Shown one piece after another: positions 42,701 through 51,700 of a stretch of DNA of 64,000 nt. Positions within the stretch are counted from its first letter, which is position 1, and every line of letters starts with the position of its first letter. The position numbers were made by a program, and so were the translations under genes. This stretch comes from Octopus vulgaris. Lineage: Eukaryota. The DNA lies in NCBI GenBank assembly GCA_951406725.2, contig OX597832.1, positions 52,700,001 through 52,764,000 on the forward strand. Reading direction: 5' to 3'. The notes under the pieces were generated by a model. The model had not been told where the DNA came from. It ran no database searches and saw only the letters and a list, made by a program, of their open reading frames with translations.

Positions 42701-44774
42701 TTACGAATCCGCTGTACCCCAGGATGGTTCAGCCCTCCACCCGTTAAAAGCCACCGTTTACGGAATGAGGATAACAACGTAGCCTTCGCGCCCGTGCAAC
42801 CGCCAGTCTATCGCGTGTGGTGAGTGGATCTTCAAGTTGCCACATGCATTCTTAGTAGCTTAGAGTAGGCTCGAATTAGAGATTATTCTTTGTGGCTAAT
42901 AGCATGAGTCCTGATTGGAAGAAGAAGAAGACCACAGCACTCACATCATTTGTGGTCATTCATCCACCTAGGTGGCCATTGCTCCCTCAGCAACATTTGC
43001 AGCATTGCAATGTTGACCTCAACCTTTTCTTGTTTATTGTCACTAGCTTCATCTTCAGCTATGCCAATCACCCCAAACATACATCCAATATGTGATACAG
43101 CAACCTGCTGACAGAAATACAATGCTGGGAGTTAAGATCTGTCACCCTTCCCTTAATCCACAAAGATGCACAGCAAGCACACATAGGATAGCATCGCCCA
43201 AACCTCATCTCCAGTCTCGACAGATATGGATCCTTCTCCTCAAATTGTATTTGATGGTGTCCACTCATATTGCAAAATTGTTTTAGGGGAAATCAACTCC
43301 TCCATTAGGCCCCGCCAAGGCAACATGCTGTACCAGAACGTTTCCTCAACCAGGGAAGTAGGCCCTCTTTTGGTCATGGCTTTGACCATTTGATAGTCAA
43401 TCCCATCTTCGCCTACTGTTAAAGCAACATTAAGTACAGTCACTCAACATTCTCAACCAAAATCTCATTGCTTAATGAAGCCTAAAAATACCAGTCTCAA
43501 TTAACCCTTTAACATTCACATTATTCTGTCAAATGTAATGCTTATTTATTCATATTGTTTTGAATTAATCATGGATTATCTTGTAGCTTTGAGATTTTGA
43601 TGAGGTAGGATTGGTATGAGAGGCCAGATCCGGCCAGTTTGAACACAAAATAGGGGAGAATATTTTGGCTGCTTAAATATGGCCAGTTTAAATGCTAGGA
43701 GGTTAAATCAAATCTAGAACTCATTTGATTTTTAATTAACCTGAAAACATGAAAAGCAAAGTTGATTTATCTCAGTGGGATTTGAACTAAAAACAGAGTT
43801 GGAATACTACAAGGCAGTATTTTATTCCAACTTCAGTAAACACAATGTCTCTGATCATATCTCTTGTGAGAACCTCCCAGTTATGTTGCCTATGTATAGG
43901 CTCCGTCCGTCCCTTATTTCTTGGATACACAACTTCTCATCATATTGCACCATTGCAGTATTGACCAAGGAAACTCCCCGTAATACTGCACTCTATAGCA
44001 ATTTGTGTGCCAAACAGTTGTGTTTCCTTAATTCTTCATTAACAGCCCTCTTGCTGTCACTTCAAACATATGCAAATGATACCATGCTTCAGCTCTTAAC
44101 AGACATCAACCATGTGCACCTAGAAACTATGCGATCAATACATTTACCAGACAAAGAGCCATGAATCTAACACCCTCTTCACTTGAACAGTACATAACCA
44201 AAACTCCTAAAGTCATAACAAATGTTAAGCCTCATTAATTCTGGTGACTTCTCATATGACTTCACATATATAAAACTGCCAAAGCTAAATGCCAACAAGT
44301 GCATTTCCTCTTCTGGGTCTAAAAATACTTCAACTCTAAACATTCACTGACTCTAAAGTGAAGATCACATTGGAGGGTTGCTTATCTAATAGATATATTA
44401 CTGCTGTTACACACACACACACGTACATGTGTGTGTGTATGTGTTTGTTTTTGTTGAGTCATAATAAAAACAATTTTGCATTAGACCGAAAGATAACTCA
44501 ATATTTTATTTAGAGTACATATTTATCATTCTTTCGCTCTTTTACAAGAATAGTGTCGACAGTGACTTTGAAGTTTAGGTCTGCTTAACCTTCATCAGAC
44601 TGTCTACAATGTGATGAAGGCTAAGCAGGTCAAAACTTGTGGCTTCCGAGGTCATTTGACTTCTATCTCTAGTAAAGCCGGTACTCTTCCAGTACCACCA
44701 AATTTTTTAAACTTGCCTGCACAGTTCACACTTTAAATAGCCACTAATATTATTATTTTTATTATTAATAATAT

Positions 44775-44818
<44 letters not shown>

Positions 44819-45601
44819 GGCGGTGCCCCAGCATGGCCACAGCTCATAAGCTGAAACTAGAATCAATCAATCAATCAATCATACACACACACTAAACTAC
44901 CTGTGGCCCATTGGGTCACCAGGAAAGTCTGAGTTTCCCAGCCACAAAGCTTTATTTCATGGGTTTTTCTTTTCCTTTCCAGAAAATCACGTGTAAACGG
45001 CTCCCTTCCCCAGAAAAGGAAAGATCTGGCTGCTATTTCTTGCACGCCCTGATACCACGTAACAGGTATTTTGGGGTCCTTTATTGCAAATAGCAATTAT
45101 GTGGTAGCAGGGCGAGCTAGAAATAGCAGCCAAATCTTTGGAGGTGAGATACGTTGAATGCACTCAAAAGAAACCTACAGAAAAAACTATTTCACACCGA
45201 GGTTATGAACGGATCTTTTACAAAATATTTACTGTATTTTTAAAATCATTTTCACTTAAAAATATTTTGCCCATCATATGTCTAATGGAAAGGTTAAAGT
45301 TGGTTCCCTTTCAGGGTTAAGTTATTCTCAGAGTATTTTCCCATTATGCTCTGTTTTGGGTATTTATACTCCCAAAACCCTGAATATCTCAATAACCACT
45401 GGTCCGATTTACGCAAAATTTGTTTTATTCTGTTTATATTCACATTACTTGAAAAGTATTTTCCTATCATGTGCCAATTTGGCTGTGTAACATTGCAAGC
45501 AAGTAAGATTGATATTCATTTTTAATGTATTATAGATATACTTATAAATTGAGGAATATAATCATTAAAATGATTAAATCAGTGGCTAGTGTATTTTTTA
45601 G

Positions 45602-45638
<37 letters not shown>

Positions 45639-48600
45639 CGTTACCAACGTCGCTTCACTGGCACCTGTGCCAGTAGCACGTGTAAAAAGATTCGAGTGAG
45701 GTCATTGCCAGTACCAACTGACTGGCCCCCATTCCGGTGGCACGTAAAAAGCACCCACTATATTTTCGGAGTGGTTGGCATTAGGAAGGGTATCCAGCTG
45801 TAGAAACTCTGCCAGATCAAGATTGGAGCCTGGTGCAGCCATCTGGTTCGCCAGCCCTCAGTCAAAATCGTCCAACCCATGCTAGCATGGAAAGCGGACA
45901 TTAAACGATGATGATGATATATGTGTGTGTATGTATGAATGTACACACAAAAACAATGGATTACAGTAAACCCTCGCCATATCATGGTTTATTATTTAAG
46001 CTTTATGTAGATTCCTCCGTGGTGTTGTTTTGCATTTATAAAATAAATATATACAAATAACAAAAATAAATACACAAGTTCCACACTGACATGAATCGTA
46101 TCAATCAACTTCATTAGTCTCAAAGACTAAACCATTTCTTAAAAGAACAGAATCACCTCAGAATTTGACAATGAAAAAAAATAGAAATGATATCAAAGTC
46201 TGCACCTTGTCATATTTCTGCCAGATTTCTTCTCTTTCTTTAGCAGCTCGTTGTAGTTCTTCATAATCACTGAGCTTATCTGAAACAAATCAATATTGCT
46301 TTTTAGAATATTTTTTTACCCAGAGAAAAAGTAGTTTGCTTATTACTGCTTCTTATAAACCAAGATTGCAATATTTTATGCTTAGGTACCAAATTCTCCA
46401 ATTACCGTATTTTCAAGCATACAAATTGATGTAGTGTACAATGCAAACATTATCACTGTCTTTATAAATCCTGTGGCATTTTACATGGAATTTTTAACCC
46501 TCCAAAGTCATCTTAGTGTATAATTCACCTAATCATTTTTGGCTGTTGATTTGGGTCTGAAAATTTCAATTTGTATGCCTGAAAATATGGTAAATCTATG
46601 TCTACATGCATTCAATCACATTAGTTATTTCATATTTTCAAAACCAAATGAGATGTAATTCTTCTTTAATATTTAACCCTTTCATTACCGTATTTATTTT
46701 GAGATGCTCTGTGTTTCATTCAATCAATTTTAAATACAACAAAGAATTTAGTGAAATAACTTAGTTATCATTAAGTTAGTGTTAGGAACATCAATTGTGA
46801 CTAAGGTTTGGAGGAAGATTGTAATTCAATACTTATGAAAACAAGACATTTGTACTACAGAGCTAGAGGCGGTTTTGGCTGGGTTGGTATCAAAAGGGTT
46901 TAGGTAAATAAACCAAATCCCTGTTTTCTGATAAATACATCCATTATCATTAAAACATGGCCTAACTTACTAAAATTATTAGATGAGAAAATCTAAAATA
47001 ATATAATTTTTCAATATCATTGATTTGTAACTGAAATACAGCTTAATTTTAATTTAACTGAAATAAATTATTTGAAGTTTTGGAATAGCTATCAGCATCT
47101 TATGAAGAAGGAAAAGGACAAGGAATTGAGGAGGGGTGCTTTTTATTCCTTTTTTTTTTTTACATTCCAGTGTTTCATGCAATAGGAATTATATTTCTAA
47201 AAGAATTCCTCACTCACCACCAAATTACAATTTTTATATTTCTATTCCTCAATTTCTTACCCCTTTTCTTTTCCACAAGGTAGTGATAGTTATTCCAAAT
47301 GTTTCGCAATTATTTTAAAAGTAAACATTTATTTTAAAAAAAGATTTCATCATTTTGTTACCAAATTTCTGTTCATATACACTCCCGTCCTTTTAATTAA
47401 TTTTGAAAATAAGGAATCTAGTAAAATAAGTTTTTCATTAATGAGATGGTGTTTGAAATATAAATTATCAGGAAATCTTAATGGCATATTTTAATTTAGA
47501 CCAGTATGAAACAGGTTTACATCATACAACAAACAGGGATCTTAGGTGGGTTGGTATTGAAAGGGTTACTAAGCTATGATACAAATTAAAACAATGGTAA
47601 CTAAATTGCTAAAAATAGGAGTAATTTTATACTTATACAGTGAAAGTTTAGTAGAAGAGGATAGTAATCAATGGGTTTTAACTAAAAGGATATTAGCTAA
47701 TTAATTACAATCGGCTGCACAAAATAAAAAATATGAACTAAGTCTGAAAGTCAGAATCCACATCCCCAAGTATAACAAATACTTAAATAATCAACTTATT
47801 CCTAGGTAAAATTAGAAAAACACCTATGAAAATAAAATAGAAAAAGCCGATATATAGAAACAACAACTATATATACAAACATATAATATGAGAGGGAAGC
47901 AGGAATCAATTCTGACAGTCACAAAACACCATAAAGATAAAAAATAGTTGAGATGTCATATGTTGTAGACATAACATATCAATAAACGCAAGAAGGAAGG
48001 GGACATTTACTTGGGGTGTTACAAGAATGTGGGGCAGGGGTATAGCTAAACCAATGGGGATAGTAAACTGGGGTGCGTTAAAAAAAAATTTTAATTGAGC
48101 TACAAAAGAATGTTTCTAGGGCACCAGTCCACCTAGGAACTACATAGGAGTAACTCGGGTCATTGGAAATACTTGTTCATAATAGAAAACAGACCAAAAT
48201 AAAGGGCAGATTTTTTATTTACAAACACCAGCACATCACCCAGTCTTCAGTTTCCCCCACAAAACATGTAGAAGAGATACACAAAAGTACATCATTAAAT
48301 AAATTATATGGGATATATTACTACTCAACATTGAGTATAACAACCTAATTTGGCATGAAAACAAACGATGATGATGGTAAAGATATAATAATAATAATAA
48401 TAATAATATATTTTATCCCAGTGTCACTTTGATGGCATGCACTGCTCTCTCACTCAATAATAACAATCATAAATAATAATGATTTTTACTATTATCGCAA
48501 ATCTTTATCAACATTATCATCTCCATGATGATGATGATGACAATAATAATAATAATATATTTTACCCCAGTGTCACTTTGATGGCATGCACTGCTCTCTC

Positions 48601-48688
48601 ACTCAATAATAATAATCATAAATAATAATGATTTTTATTATTATCACTAATCTTTATCAACATTATCATCTCCATGATGATGATGATG

Positions 48689-48744
<56 letters not shown>

Positions 48745-51700
48745 CCTGAAGATGATAACAACAACGATGATGAGGATTTTAGTTATTTGCTGTAAGGCCA
48801 CCGGATGAAAAGAACCAAACTCCATTTATAGATGTATGCATATGATTAATGTCAACTAACCTGAATGTTCAAACTGTATATAAAGCTGTAAAAATGATCC
48901 CATGACAAAGCCAAAACAAACAACATTCATCAGCTAGGTAGGTGTCCTATACTTTTGGTTGTTAATAATTTCAACAAACATAGTGAGATTTGAAGACAGG
49001 AAAAGACAGAGAAATGAGAGGCCGTCCAGTTATTAGGAGTGAAGTCATCTTTGACTTGATTCTGGTGAGGAGCTAACTAATGTACAAAGCCAGTTGTCCA
49101 CACAAGTTGACCTATTTTGAAGAGCAGCAGGATATTGTTACATGTCAAATAGAATAACCTGGTTAGAGGATAGGCAATATAGCTTATTATAACAAGACAA
49201 CAATCACCCTCTCCCATATACAAGCACGAGAGGGAGGTAGGCTATCAGAAATTATTCTGTGACAGCAAATAGTTTCGGTTTGAACTGTTTTTTACCTGAT
49301 TTATATTTTATCATAAATAAACTTTAAACAATGGGAACAGTCATAATATTTCTAGACAGAATCACTAGTAAATAAACGAAGTTTCAAATGAAGGATAAAT
49401 AAATAAATAAATAAAACAAAAACCAATAACAAAAAAGTCAAAACAAGGAATGTTTCTGAAAAAGTTAGTAAAGTTTTTCGAGTGATAGTTGCTTGGCAAG
49501 TCTCTTGATCTGAGATTGTCTGTCCAAGATGACACGATTACAGCAAAGAATCAAGAGAGCTATTCTTCATTTATATTCTGAAATTCACATTTTAGTTAGA
49601 CTAGAAAATATTTTCTCACTAAATGCTAATACATAATGTTTATTGTATAAATGACTCAAATTATTCTAATACTGTGACAGGATCACACAATCTGACATGG
49701 GCTTCAATGATTTGATTCCACATCACTAGAATGCATGCACAGCCAAAATGATGTTCTTCCAAAGGATTCTCTGGAGTAATGTTACTCAACAGGGTAACAG
49801 GGCTTGGATATTAGGGAGTCTCTCAATGTTGAGCCACTTCTCCTTACTGACAGATCACAGCTCTACAAATATGAATAAAGCATCACAGGAAAGAATTGCA
49901 AAACAGATTCTTCAAGTCAAACCAATCATCAGGAAACCTAAGGGTAGACCAAGAATGAGATTGCAATGTCATTATCAGTCTGAATATACTTGATGCACGT
50001 TCGAACTGGGGAACAAGCCATTCACTGTGTTTTGTCAAAGAGAATATATCTCACAGCACCACCTTCCTAGACTATGAGATGTTACCATTTCGGAGTAGTT
50101 GTCTCCTCACTGGTCACAGACACTAAGCAGATGGCACTGAGAGCTGAATTAAGAGTTTACCTCTCTTATGCTTTTCCAGTCATCGCATGGTGACTGGCGG
50201 CGCTATATGGTGGCTCACCATAAGTAAATTATGGAGGGGGAGCACCAAACAGTGATGAGTAAAATTGCAATGTCATTATTGATCCAAATATGCTTGATGT
50301 CCGTTCAAACTGGGGAACAAGCTACTCACTGCGTTTTGTCACGGAGAATATATCTTGCTTGTTGACAAATGGTGTGTATACACCTAGATCAGCTCCCTCT
50401 CCGTAATTTACTTACAGTGAGCTACTGCATATCACTGCCAATCACCGTACAATGACTGGAAAAGCATAAGAGAGGTAATCTCTTAATTCAGCTTGCAGTG
50501 CCATCTGTTTAGTGTCTTTGACCAATGAGGAGACAACTACTTCAAAGTGTCTAGGTAGGTGGCACTGTGAGCTGATTAGGTGTATACACACCATTTGTCA
50601 ACAAGTGAGATATATTCTTACTTCTTTATTGTTCACAAGGGGCTAAACTTAGAGGGGACAAACAAGGACAGACAAATGGATTAAGTGGATTACATCGACC
50701 CCAGTGCCTAACTGGTACTTAATTTATCGACCTCGAAAGGATGAAAGGCAAAGTCAACCTCGGCGGAATTTGAACTCAGAATGTAACAGCAGACGAAATA
50801 CCTATTTCTTTACTACCCACAAGGGGCTAAACACAGAGAGGACAAACAAGGATAGACAAACGGAATAAGTCGATTACATCAACCCCAGTGCGTAACTGGT
50901 ACTTAATTTATCGACCTCGAAAGGATGAAAGGCAAAGTCAACCTCGGCGGAATTTGAACTCAGAATGTAACAGCAGACGAAATACCTATTTCTTTACTAC
51001 CCACAAGGGGCTAAACACAGAGAGGACAAACAAGGACAGACAAACGGAATAAGTCGATTACATCAACCCCAGTGCGTAACTGGTACTTAATTTATCGACC
51101 CCGAAAGGATGAAAGGCAAAGTCAACCTCGGCGGAATTTGAACTCAGAATGTAACGGCAGACAAAATACTGCTAAGCATTTCGTCCGGAGTGCTAACGAT
51201 TCTGCCAGCTTACCAAGTAAGATATATTCGCTGTAACAAAACACAATGAGTAGCTTGTTCCCTAGTTCGAAAGTGCATCCAGCATATTCGGACGGATAAT
51301 GACATTGTAATTTCACTTATCACTGCTTGGGGCTCCTCTCTGCAAGAATGAGATGGCTGGATAATATTCATAGTCTCGGTAGGTCCCATTTGAGAATCTA
51401 GCAGGGAAGTATAAAGATGGCTGCTTCTGATAGGACCCTTTGGAGAAAGTGCCTGATGAATCTTCTCCCATAATCTTCCCAGGAATGGAGGGTGGAGAAG
51501 ATGGGTAAATAGATAGATCAACAATAAAAAAACTTCTTTTAGTTTCCATCTGCCAAATCCATTGACAAGGCTTTGGTTGGCCCAAGGCTATAGAAGGTAT
51601 TTGCCCAAGGTACCATGCAGTGGGACAGAACCTTGAACTATGTGGTTGGGAAGCTTCTTACCACAGAGGAGTCACACTTGTACCTATATAACAGAATCTA

